NCBI GenBank assembly: GCA_965248835.1
Contig: CBDFLJ010000002.1
Span: 128,001-192,000, forward strand
Origin: Alphaproteobacteria bacterium
GTDB lineage: Bacteria > Pseudomonadota > Alphaproteobacteria > MPNO01
Reading direction: 5' to 3'
DNA length: 64,000 nt
A program made the position numbers and the translations under genes. Shown here piece by piece: positions 9,502-17,927 of this stretch. Position 1 is the first letter of the stretch, and each line of letters starts with the position of its first letter. The notes under the pieces are model-generated. The model was given only the letters and a program-made list of their open reading frames with translations, was not told the DNA's origin and ran no database searches.

Positions 9502-9539
9502 GTTCGATCCGGATCCCGGATCCCGGGATCGAATCGAAC
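9502..9539. repeat. GATC-rich inverted repeat/hairpin between binding-protein gene and amtB
   Basis: gttcgat-ccggatcccggatcccgggatcga-atcgaac. Confidence 0.6.
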
Positions 9540-9579
9540 AACATGGGGCTGCCGTCGGCTGCCAGGACGCAGACCTGAA

Positions 9580-10968
9580 ATGAACCGCCGCAAGGTTGGC
9601 CCTCCGGGGTCCAGGGCGCGGCTTGGTGCAGCTCTGCCCTTCGGCTTCGCGGCCGCACTCTCCCTGGCGCTCTTCTCCTCGGAAGCGCGCGCCGCGCTCG
9701 ATAGCGAGACCCAGTTCGTCCTGAACAGTTTTTCGTTCCTGGTGTGGGGCGCACTCGTGATGTGGATGTGCGCCGGCTTTACCATGCTCGAAGCGGGTTC
9801 GGTGCGCACCAAGAACGCCTCCGTGATCTGCCTCAAGAACATCGGCCTCTATTCTATCGCCGGGCTGATGTTTTACTTGGTCGGCTACAACATCATGTAT
9901 GTTGACGTCGAGGCGGGCGGCTGGTTCGGCTCCCTCGCACTCCTTTACGAGACCTCGGCCGAAGAAGTCGCCATGTTGCAGGGCGGGGCGGAGACGACGG
10001 CCGCGGTCGTCAAGACCGGCCATGCGACGATGTCGGGCTGAATTTTCCAGATGGTGTTCGTGGCCACGACGGCCTCGATCGTGTCCGGCGCCTTGGCCGA
10101 ACGGGCAAAGCTGTGGTCGTTTCTGGTCTTCGTTACCGTGCTCACGACGATCATCTATCCGGTCGTCGGCGCCTGGACGTGGGGCGGCGGATGGCTCGCC
10201 GAAATGGGTTTCAAGGACTTCGCCGGATCGACCATCGTGCACTCGACCGGCGGCTGGGCGGCGTTGGCCGGCGCCCTCGTCGTCGGCGCGCGGAAAGGCA
10301 AGTTCCGCCAAGATGGCAGCGTCAAGGCGACCCCGCCGTCGAACGTACCCGCGGTGACGCTGGGCGTGTTCATTCTCTGGCTCGGTTGGTTCGGTTTCAA
10401 CGGCGGTTCGCAGTTGGCGCTCGCCGGTGTCGTCGACGCGGTGGCGATCAGCAATATCCTGGCCAACACGAACCTCGCCGCGGCCGCGGGCGTGATGTCG
10501 GCGATGTGCTTGTCGCGGCCCATCCTGGGGCGCCTCGATCTGCTCGCGAGCCTGAACGGCGCTATCGCCGGACTGGTGGCGATTACCGCGGGGCCCGACA
10601 TCGTCGATCACTATTGGGCTGTCGTCATCGGCGCGGTCGGCGGCGCCGTATGCGTCGCCGGTCTGAAGCTCCTGGAGCGCTTCAAGATCGACGATGTCGT
10701 CGGCGCAATCCCGGCCCATCTGTTCGCCGGCATCTGGGGGACGCTCGCGGTTTGCATTGCAGGCGGCGGCGATCTGCTGGTACAAATTGCCGGAATCGCG
10801 GCCATCGGCGCCGCGGTATTCGGTGCCTCTTGGTTGACGTGGTCGGTCATAAAGTGGACGATTGGCGTGCGTACCACGCCGATCGTCGAGCAGTTGGGTC
10901 AGGATGTGGCGGAGTTGGGCATCGAGGCCTATCCGGAATTCGTGGTCGTGCCAGACGCCGATGACTGA
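9580..10968 (+). pseudogene. amtB: Ammonium transporter interrupted by an in-frame TGA at 10039-10041
   Basis: ORFs 9304-10041 and 10051-10968 share one frame: GFTMLEAGSVRTKN...MSG*IFQMVFVATTASIVSGALAER, DFAGSTIVH, WLGWFGFNGGS, IDDVVGAIPAH, AYPEF. Confidence 0.88.
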
Positions 10969-11069
10969 GGGCCGAACAGCCCGCCCAAGCGGGGCGGTAC
11001 CGCGTGTGGCCTGCCGCCGGACGGACATGGGATGTAATTCGAAGGGGGCGACCCCGGGAGACGAAGACG

Positions 11070-11408
11070 ATGGACGTTACGACCGAACGGCATGACGATG
11101 TTCTGTCCGCCGACGTGGGCGGGCGCATCGACGGATCCAATGTCGTCCAGTTCGAGGAAGCGATCAGAACCGCGATCGAGGACAGCGACCGCGCCGTGAT
11201 CATGGATTTCGGGAAGCTGGTATATATCAGCAGCGCGGGCCTTCGCGCCGTCCTGTTGACGGCCAAGTCCCTCCACAGCCGTGACGCCAAGCTGTTGCTT
11301 TGCTCGCTTTCGGGGCCGATCCGCGAGGTCTTCGAGATAAGCGGTTTTGACAAGATCCTGCCCATTCACCCGTCCCGGGCCGAAGCTCTCTCGTCTCTGG
11401 GCGGCTGA
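11070..11408 (+). CDS. STAS anti-sigma factor antagonist (RsbV/SpoIIAA-like)
   Basis: GRIDG, MDFGKLVYISSAGLR with phosphoacceptor Ser, EVFEISGF. Confidence 0.92.
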   Translation: MDVTTERHDDVLSADVGGRIDGSNVVQFEEAIRTAIEDSDRAVIMDFGKLVYISSAGLRAVLLTAKSLHSRDAKLLLCSLSGPIREVFEISGFDKILPIHPSRAEALSSLGG

Positions 11409-11561
11409 TGCCGGAGATACCGATCGCTTGCAGCGCCTGGCCTGGAGCGCGACGACGCCGTCCCGGATCGGGGATATCTCGTTGCGAGCCACCCTTTCGC
11501 CCGCTAGCTTCGAAGTGCCGGATCGAACGTCTATTCTCTATTTCGGAGATAACCAGACAGC

Positions 11562-11918
11562 ATGCTGAACGTTACAGAAGAAAAAGCCGCCTCTGTGGCC
11601 ATCGTCTTGATCGACGGCCGTGCCGATGGCGTGACGGCGCCGGACCTTGAAGACCGGATCGTGAAAATTGTCGAACGCGGCGATGTCGATGTGTTGCTTG
11701 ATTGTGAAAAGATGGAATACATCAGCAGCGCAGGGTTGCGTGTCCTTCTCATAGGCGCCAGAAAATGCGAACAGAACGGCGGCAAGCTGTCGATTTGTGC
11801 GCTGCAGCCCGATTGTAGATCGGTCATCGAAATCGGCGGATTTCAAACGGTAATCGATTGTTATGACACACGCGAAGCCGCCCTCGCGGCCGCAGCGCAG
11901 CGGAGCGCAACATGCTGA
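11562..11918 (+). CDS. STAS anti-sigma factor antagonist, second copy
   Basis: LDCEKMEYISSAGLRVLL, VIEIGGF. Confidence 0.92.
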   Translation: MLNVTEEKAASVAIVLIDGRADGVTAPDLEDRIVKIVERGDVDVLLDCEKMEYISSAGLRVLLIGARKCEQNGGKLSICALQPDCRSVIEIGGFQTVIDCYDTREAALAAAAQRSATC

Positions 11919-12568
11919 CATTTGCGGAAGAGATTTTGTTGCTGATGCTGGATGACGAGGACGGTTCGTTTCTGCCGGTTCGTGAAAGCGCTGTCGAATA
12001 TGCCCTCGCAGGCGCTGTGCTGATGGACTTGGCGTTCTCGAACCGGATCGACACCGACCCGGATCAACTCGTTCTTCTGGACAACAAACCGACCGGCCAC
12101 CCGGTCCATGACAGAGTTCTTGATCACATTGCGCGCTCGTCCGAGACCAAGGACACGAAGACATGGATCGAGACGATTGCCCGGCTTGAATCCGCGGATA
12201 TCAGGAACCAGGCTCTTTCCAGCCTGATCGACCAGAATATTCTCGAATCACAAGAGGAAAAATTCCTTTGGGTCTTCCGCGCACGGCGATATCCGACGAT
12301 TGACGGGCGCACGGAACGCGAAGTGAAGCGGCGCATCACCGATGTCCTGCTGTCCGAAGCGGTGCCGGACCCCAGGGATGTAGCAATCGTCGGCCTGGCC
12401 GATGCCTGCGATCTGCTGCGCGAGGTGTTTTCCGACCGGGAGATCAACCGGATACGCCCGCGCATCGATCAGATCCGCAACCTGGATCTCCTCGGTCGCG
12501 AGGTTAGCGGCGCCGTCCTGGAAATCGAACGTTCGATCGCCATGGCGATGATGCATGCACCGCACTGA
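11912..12568 (+). CDS. GPP34/GOLPH3 (Vps74)-family protein
   Basis: LTFAEEILLLMLDDE, LAGAVLMDL, KFLWVF..RRYP, PDPRD pattern of bacterial GPP34 proteins; overlaps STAS stop. Confidence 0.8.
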   Translation: MLTFAEEILLLMLDDEDGSFLPVRESAVEYALAGAVLMDLAFSNRIDTDPDQLVLLDNKPTGHPVHDRVLDHIARSSETKDTKTWIETIARLESADIRNQALSSLIDQNILESQEEKFLWVFRARRYPTIDGRTEREVKRRITDVLLSEAVPDPRDVAIVGLADACDLLREVFSDREINRIRPRIDQIRNLDLLGREVSGAVLEIERSIAMAMMHAPH

Positions 12569-12600
12569 AACACCGCACCGAAACACCAACTGAAACACCG
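12564..12600 (+). repeat. Three tandem 12-13 bp repeats ACYGAAACACCR at the island end
   Basis: actgaaacaccgc / accgaaacacca / actgaaacaccg. Confidence 0.8.
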
Positions 12601-12685
12601 ACCGGCATTTTCCCTCAGGCATCCTAAGGCAATTTCCAATCGGGTCGACTCGAGCCGATACGGTTCCCGGCCGGCCTGATCGGCG

Positions 12686-14203
12686 TCAACCCTCGGTCTC
12701 GAAGGTGCGGATGTCGGGGGGCTCTCCGGGCAGGCCGAGAGACCGCCAGGCCCCGGCGACTTCCTCGTAGACCTCACGGCGCAGCGTCGTGCGTTTGGCG
12801 AATTCCGTCAGGTGTTTGTGCGGCTTGCAGACGTTGATCAGCGCCTTCGAGCCGTAGGGCCGGTTCTCCGGCGGATGCTGGCTCGGGTCGAGCTGGGTGC
12901 TCCAGGTGTTGCGCAGGAAATCGATATCCTCGATAGGGTTGCACCGGCTGCCCATCGCCCACAGCACCTCGTCCATGTTCGACGGGTCGATGTCCTCATC
13001 CACGGCGATGATCCACTTGGTGAAATAGGCTCCGCCCGGCATCTGGGCGGCGAGCGCCAGCGCCTGGGCGGCGTGTCCGGCATAGAGCTGCTCCAGACTG
13101 ATCACTGTCATCCCCAGCCCGCCCGAGACCGCGGGGTGGGCATAGACCCCCTTGATGCCCGGGATCCCCAGTGAATCGAAATCGTCCCATACCCGGGCCG
13201 AGCGGATGACGGCGAAGAAGCCGCTCTGCTCGCACGAGGGGTAATCGGCCATCAGCGCGTTGGTCAGGATCGGGTTGTCGCGGAAGTGGACCGCGGTCAC
13301 CTCCATCAGCGGTGCCTGGCCGCCGGGCTTGCCGTAATAGCCGGTGAACTCGCCGAACGGGCCTTCCTCGGCGGTGGCGTTGGGGCGGATCACCCCTTCG
13401 AGGACCAGGTCCGCGTTGGCCGGCAGGAGCAGATCGGTGGTCTTGCCGCGCACCACCGGCACGGGCTGGCCTTTCAGGCCGCCGATATACTCATACTCGG
13501 AGACGTTCTTGGGGAAGCCCTGCGAGCCGACCAGCATGAACAGCGGGTCGATCCCCCAGGCGGCGGCGACCTGGACCTCTTCGCCGCGCGCCCAGCCCCG
13601 CGCGATGTGCAACCGCGCGTCCTTGCCGGGCGACAGGTAGAGCCCGGCCTGGCGCTTGCCTTGCTGCATCATCCGGTAGGTCCCGATATTGAGGTGGCCG
13701 CTGTCCGGATCGCGTGTGATCACCGCGTCCCCGGTGCCGCCGTAGCGTCCGCCGTCGAGCGGCCAGTGCTTGGGGATCGGCAGCAGGTCGAGGTCGATCT
13801 CATCGCCGATCAGCGTGTTCTGGAAGATCGGCGCCTCGTCGGGCTGCACTTCGGCGGGCGGCGTGCGGTTCTTCATCTTCGACTTGACCCGGCCGATCAG
13901 GTCGATCGCCGGCGTGTCGACCGGCTCCTCCAAGGTGAGCGCGACCCGGCGCAGGCTGGGGCCGACCAGGTTCCACAACAGCCGGGCGCCGACCGGGCTT
14001 TCCTCGAACCCGGCCGGATTCTCGAACAGCACCGTGGGCGAGGGCCGGCGCTTGGCCAGCATGTAGACCACTGCGCTCATCACCTCGTCGCGGCTCACCG
14101 GCGCGTCGATGCGCACCAGTTCGCCGATCTCCTCGACCTCTTCGATCCATTGCCGGAGATCCTGGATCGGCTCGTTGCGCGTGCGCTGTTCGATGTCGTT
14201 CAT
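12686..14203 (-). CDS. UbiD-family (prFMN-dependent) decarboxylase
   Basis: DGGRY, NIGTYRM, EGPFGEFTGYY, IAVDEDIDP, STQLDPS. Confidence 0.92.
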   Translation of the reverse strand: MNDIEQRTRNEPIQDLRQWIEEVEEIGELVRIDAPVSRDEVMSAVVYMLAKRRPSPTVLFENPAGFEESPVGARLLWNLVGPSLRRVALTLEEPVDTPAIDLIGRVKSKMKNRTPPAEVQPDEAPIFQNTLIGDEIDLDLLPIPKHWPLDGGRYGGTGDAVITRDPDSGHLNIGTYRMMQQGKRQAGLYLSPGKDARLHIARGWARGEEVQVAAAWGIDPLFMLVGSQGFPKNVSEYEYIGGLKGQPVPVVRGKTTDLLLPANADLVLEGVIRPNATAEEGPFGEFTGYYGKPGGQAPLMEVTAVHFRDNPILTNALMADYPSCEQSGFFAVIRSARVWDDFDSLGIPGIKGVYAHPAVSGGLGMTVISLEQLYAGHAAQALALAAQMPGGAYFTKWIIAVDEDIDPSNMDEVLWAMGSRCNPIEDIDFLRNTWSTQLDPSQHPPENRPYGSKALINVCKPHKHLTEFAKRTTLRREVYEEVAGAWRSLGLPGEPPDIRTFETEG

Positions 14204-14222
14204 GTCGTCGGGCCCATCCTGT

Positions 14223-15407
14223 TCACAGAATCGCGTTCGTCGCCGGCAGGCCGACGGCGATGCGGCCGAACTCCGCGCCGTTGATGTCCCAGGACAGGTG
14301 GATCTGGTGGGCGGCGGCGTGGATGTCGCGGAACTGGCGCTGCAGGTCCGCCGTCAGATAGTTCGCCGTCGCACCGCGGACGGCATGGAGCAGATCGACC
14401 GCCCGCACCGCGCAGGACGCGGCGTGCGAGGCATCGCGACGCCAGCGCGCCCGATCGACCAGCGCCGGCCGTCTTTGCTCGGCGATCAGGCGGTGGCACT
14501 CCATCCAGTTCTCGCGCACCAGCAGCCGCGCGGTGTCGACCAGCAGACCCGCCTCGGCGACCTTGAGCTGCACCGTGACGTGTTCGCCCACCTTGGAGCG
14601 GTTGTAGACCGAGGTCTGCTCGGCCAGGAACGCGACGTAGTCGTCATAGGCGGCTTGCGCGATGCCGATCATGGGTGCGGCAACGAGGTGCGGGATGAAC
14701 GGGATCAGCGGGAATTTGTAGGCATCGGCGAGGTCCTCGGTGCCCGGCGTATAGCCTTCGCGCGAATAGAGCGGATCGAACACCATGTGTTCGGCGATCA
14801 AGACGTTCTCGCAGGCGACATCCTTGCTGCCGGTGCCGCTGAGCCCGCAGACATGCCAGGTATCGATCACCGTGAGGTCCGAGGCGCGGATCAGGATGAC
14901 CCGCGGGCTCGGCCGGTCCTCGCCTTCACGGGTTGCCATCGCGCCCAGCATCAGCCAGTCGCTGGCATCGACCCCGCTGGCATAGGGCCAGCGCCCGGAG
15001 CACAGATAGCCGCCGTCCGTCCGCTCCAGCCGCCCGGCGGGAAACACCAGAGTCGAGCCGATCAGCGCCTCGGGGTTCTCACCCCAGATGTCATCCTCGG
15101 CCGGTCTCGGCCAGTAGGGCAGCATCCAGTTATGGGCGATCAGGTTGATGTAGACCCACGAGGTCGAGCCGCAGCCGCGGCCGAGCTCGATCGCGACATC
15201 GATCATCAGCCCGAAATCGGTCACGCAGCCGCCGAACCGTTCCGGGCGTAGGATGCGCCACAACCCCGCCGCGCGCAGATCGGCGATGGTTTGGTCGGGG
15301 ATTCGCCGGATGCGCTCGGCCTCCGCCGCACGTTCGCGCAGCACCGGGATCATCTCGCGTGCCTTTGCGATGAAGGACTCGCGCGGTGCCGGCGAGGTCG
15401 CGTCCAT
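14223..15407 (-). CDS. Flavin-dependent monooxygenase, acyl-CoA dehydrogenase-like fold (HsaA/C2-HpaH type oxygenase component)
   Basis: MDATSPAPRESF..., LRPERFGG, ELGRGCGSTSW, SGRWPYASG, DTWHVCGLSGTGS, LQRQFRDIH. Confidence 0.88.
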   Translation of the reverse strand: MDATSPAPRESFIAKAREMIPVLRERAAEAERIRRIPDQTIADLRAAGLWRILRPERFGGCVTDFGLMIDVAIELGRGCGSTSWVYINLIAHNWMLPYWPRPAEDDIWGENPEALIGSTLVFPAGRLERTDGGYLCSGRWPYASGVDASDWLMLGAMATREGEDRPSPRVILIRASDLTVIDTWHVCGLSGTGSKDVACENVLIAEHMVFDPLYSREGYTPGTEDLADAYKFPLIPFIPHLVAAPMIGIAQAAYDDYVAFLAEQTSVYNRSKVGEHVTVQLKVAEAGLLVDTARLLVRENWMECHRLIAEQRRPALVDRARWRRDASHAASCAVRAVDLLHAVRGATANYLTADLQRQFRDIHAAAHQIHLSWDINGAEFGRIAVGLPATNAIL

Positions 15408-16471
15408 CAGCTCTCCACCGGAACATCGGCGGATTGGATCGGGTCCAGCAGGACCTTGCCCACGGCCTCGCGCGCCTCGATCAGCCTGTGGGCGTCGGCG
15501 GCCCGGTGCAGCGGCAGGGTCCGGTCGATGATCGGGGCACGGACCGTGCCGTCTCGGGCCGCCTCGAGCGCCCAGTGAATATCGTCGAAATCGCAGGCCG
15601 GCATGGCGATGATGCGTTGGCGCTTGAGATAGAGCTGGCGTAGATCGAGGCTCACCTGGCCGCCGGCGTGCGCACCGGCGGTTACCAGCCGGCCGAGCAC
15701 GGCCAGGCTGCCCACCGCGCCGGGCCAAAGATCGGGGTCGCCGATGCTTTCCGTGACCACGTCGGCGCCGTGGCCGTCGGTGATCGCCATCACTTCCGCG
15801 GCGAGATCCTGGCTGCGGTAGTTCACGCCGTGATCGGCGCCGAATCGCTCGATCGCTGCGGCGACCCGTGCGTCGGCGCCGGCGGCGGCGATCACCCTGG
15901 CCCCCATCCGCTTTGCGACCTGGACGCAGCAGCTTGCGAGCCCGCCGGTCGCGCCCATCACCAGCACCCATTCGCCCGGCTCGAGCCCGGCCTGCTTGTG
16001 CAGCAGATGGCGTGCGGTCGGCAGGTGGCGGACGATCGCGGTGGCGTCCGGATAGCTCAGCCCGTCCGGCAGGACGAAGCAGTTCGCCGCCCTGATCGCC
16101 GCGTATTCCGCATAGCCGCCCCAGCAGGTGATGCCGACCAGCCCGAAGGGACCGCGATCGCGGGATTCCTGCCCCGGGACGCAAATATCGCTGTGCAGCG
16201 AGGTGTGGACCCCGACCCGGTCGCCGATCCTGAGCCCCCTCGCCTCGGTGCCCAACGCTACGACTTCGCCCACCGGGTCGGTGCCCATCACATGCGGCAG
16301 GGCAGGCTTTCGCGCATAGAGCCCCTTGCGCAGCAGGACATCGAGCGTGACGTTGACGGAAACGTTGTGCACCCGGATCAGCGCCTCGTCCGGCGCAGGC
16401 GCCGGGGTTGCGATCTCCTCGAATCGCAACCTCTCGGGTCCGCCGAATGCCTCCAGAACGATCGCCTTCAT
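15407..16471 (-). CDS. Medium-chain (zinc-binding/quinone) oxidoreductase
   Basis: MKAIVLEAFGGPE, GGYAEY, VLVMGATGGLA, GADHGVNY, GKVLL. Confidence 0.88.
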   Translation of the reverse strand: MKAIVLEAFGGPERLRFEEIATPAPAPDEALIRVHNVSVNVTLDVLLRKGLYARKPALPHVMGTDPVGEVVALGTEARGLRIGDRVGVHTSLHSDICVPGQESRDRGPFGLVGITCWGGYAEYAAIRAANCFVLPDGLSYPDATAIVRHLPTARHLLHKQAGLEPGEWVLVMGATGGLASCCVQVAKRMGARVIAAAGADARVAAAIERFGADHGVNYRSQDLAAEVMAITDGHGADVVTESIGDPDLWPGAVGSLAVLGRLVTAGAHAGGQVSLDLRQLYLKRQRIIAMPACDFDDIHWALEAARDGTVRAPIIDRTLPLHRAADAHRLIEAREAVGKVLLDPIQSADVPVES

Positions 16472-16629
16472 CGCCGCCTACCAAAGAGGGCTTCTGTCCC
16501 GGCGAAGTTTAAGGTTCGACCGCCGCCCGGTCCATCGTCGGGTGCCCGACCGCGTGCCGGACCGACTCGATCCGATCGAAACATGCTCTAGGATGGCCGT
16601 ATGCGTAGGCGGGATCGCAGGCGGGATCC

Positions 16630-17316
16630 ATGTGCGGCCGATACAGTTTGATCGCCACACCCGAGGTGATGCGCGGGCTTTTCCTGTTCGACAACCGGCC
16701 CAACCTTGCCGCGCGCTACAACATCGCCCCCACCCAGCAAGCGCCGGTGGTCCGGATCGGCGCCACCGGCCGCGAGCTCGCGCTGCTGCGCTGGGGGCTG
16801 GTCCCTCCCTGGGCCAAGGACACGGCGATGGGCGCGAAGATGATCAACGCGCGCGCCGAGACGGTTGCCGAGAAGCCCGCCTTCCGGGCCGCCTACCGCA
16901 AGCGGCGCTGCCTGGTTCCGGCCGACGGCTTCTACGAATGGCGGACCGAGAACGGCGCCAAGCAGCCCTTCCGCATCGGTATGAAGGGCGGCGCGCTGTT
17001 TGCCTTCGCCGGACTTTGGGAGCATTGGACCGACCCCGCCGATGCCGCACGAACCGTGGAGACATTCACCATCCTGACCACCGCGGCCAACGCCAAGCTG
17101 CGTCCGATCCACCCGCGAATGCCGGTGATCCTGTCTGCCGACCGCTTCGCGGCCTGGCTCGACGCCGACGCCGGGCCCGCCGATGTCCCGCTCGGCCCCC
17201 ACCCTGTCGAGTCGATGGCGTTCTACAGGGTCGGCACGCGGGTCAACAACGTGCGCAACGACGATCCGGCCTGCATCGAACCGCTCAACCCGCCGTCCGC
17301 CCGCCGCGTCCCGTAA
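16630..17316 (+). CDS. SOS response-associated peptidase (SRAP, YedK/HMCES family)
   Basis: MCGRY N-terminus, RYNIAPTQ, RWGLVP, INARAET, RRCLVPADGFYEW, HPRMPVIL. Confidence 0.95.
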   Translation: MCGRYSLIATPEVMRGLFLFDNRPNLAARYNIAPTQQAPVVRIGATGRELALLRWGLVPPWAKDTAMGAKMINARAETVAEKPAFRAAYRKRRCLVPADGFYEWRTENGAKQPFRIGMKGGALFAFAGLWEHWTDPADAARTVETFTILTTAANAKLRPIHPRMPVILSADRFAAWLDADAGPADVPLGPHPVESMAFYRVGTRVNNVRNDDPACIEPLNPPSARRVP

Positions 17317-17354
17317 TCGCCGCAACTTTTCCCCGGAAATCGGCGCGAATCCTC

Positions 17355-17415
17355 TTGCGCCCACTTTACCACGACATATAGTGGTTAATTATGACACGTA
17401 CACGACATCTGGGAT
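17355..17415 (+). promoter_or_regulatory. Putative sigma70 promoter (TTGCGC-16-TATAGT) overlapped by two NrdR-box-like sites
   Basis: CCACGACATATAGTGG 17369-17384 and ACACGACATCTGGGAT 17400-17415, 31 bp apart; GANTC site just upstream at 17347-17351. Confidence 0.5.
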
Positions 17416-17436
17416 GCGTGAACGGAGGGCTAGACG

Positions 17437-17802
17437 ATGACGTGGACATCCGAGAGAGTCGACAGCTTGGTGCGGCTGTGGTCCCAGGGTTGGTCAGCCC
17501 GTCAGATCGCCGACAAGCTGGGCGGCGTGACCCGTAACGCGGTCATCGGAAAGGCGCACCGCTTGAACCTTCAGCGCGGCGTGCCGGGACCTGCGCCCGC
17601 GTTGGAACCGCCTCCGCCGGTGGTTCCCTACCAGCCGATCATGCCGATGCCGGAGGTCAAGGGCTGGATGTGCCGCTGGCCGCTTGAAGAGCCCGGCCGG
17701 TTCGGCCTGCATATATGCGGCAAGACCGCCCAGCCCGGCCGGCATTACTGCGCCGAGCACCTGACGGCGGCCTATCTGATGCGCAGGCGCACCGCCGCCT
17801 GA
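17437..17802 (+). CDS. gcrA: GcrA cell cycle regulator (short form)
   Basis: MTWTSERVDSLVRLWSQGWSARQIADKLGGVTRNAVIGKAHRL; C-terminal CRWP...CG...YCAEH. Confidence 0.9.
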   Translation: MTWTSERVDSLVRLWSQGWSARQIADKLGGVTRNAVIGKAHRLNLQRGVPGPAPALEPPPPVVPYQPIMPMPEVKGWMCRWPLEEPGRFGLHICGKTAQPGRHYCAEHLTAAYLMRRRTAA

Positions 17803-17818
17803 AGACCGCGCACGGGGC

Positions 17819-17908
17819 GGCAACGCCCGGTCGCCGCCGTTGCCACGGCAGCGGAAAAGGGCCACCATCGCCGCGTCCGGGCGCAACGGCCGGCCGGCCG
17901 TTGCGCCC
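17819..17908. repeat. Two related GCAACG...CGTTGC hairpins; the second is a perfect 30-bp palindrome
   Basis: ggcaacg..cgttgcc 17819-17844; gggcgcaacggccggccggccgttgcgccc 17879-17908. Confidence 0.75.
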
Positions 17909-17927
17909 CGTATAGGAAAGGCCGCGC

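Noticed and set aside
10039-10041. Genome-wide UGA reassignment (code 4 or 25)
   Set aside because: Many intact genes here end in TGA, often in ATGA/GTGA overlaps, so UGA is a normal stop
12564-12600. Possible CRISPR array (TGAAAC-containing repeats)
   Set aside because: Units are 12-13 bp, abutting, with no spacers and no cas genes
14223-16484. Apparent 753-aa fusion protein
   Set aside because: The N-terminal half is an alternative frame of the oxidoreductase; the real monooxygenase starts at 15407
16496-16510. LexA box upstream of SRAP
   Set aside because: GTCC-N7-GTTT has two mismatches to GTTC-N7-GTTC; too weak
17385-17399. CtrA box in the gcrA promoter
   Set aside because: Only one TTAA half-site; no TTAA-N7-TTAA
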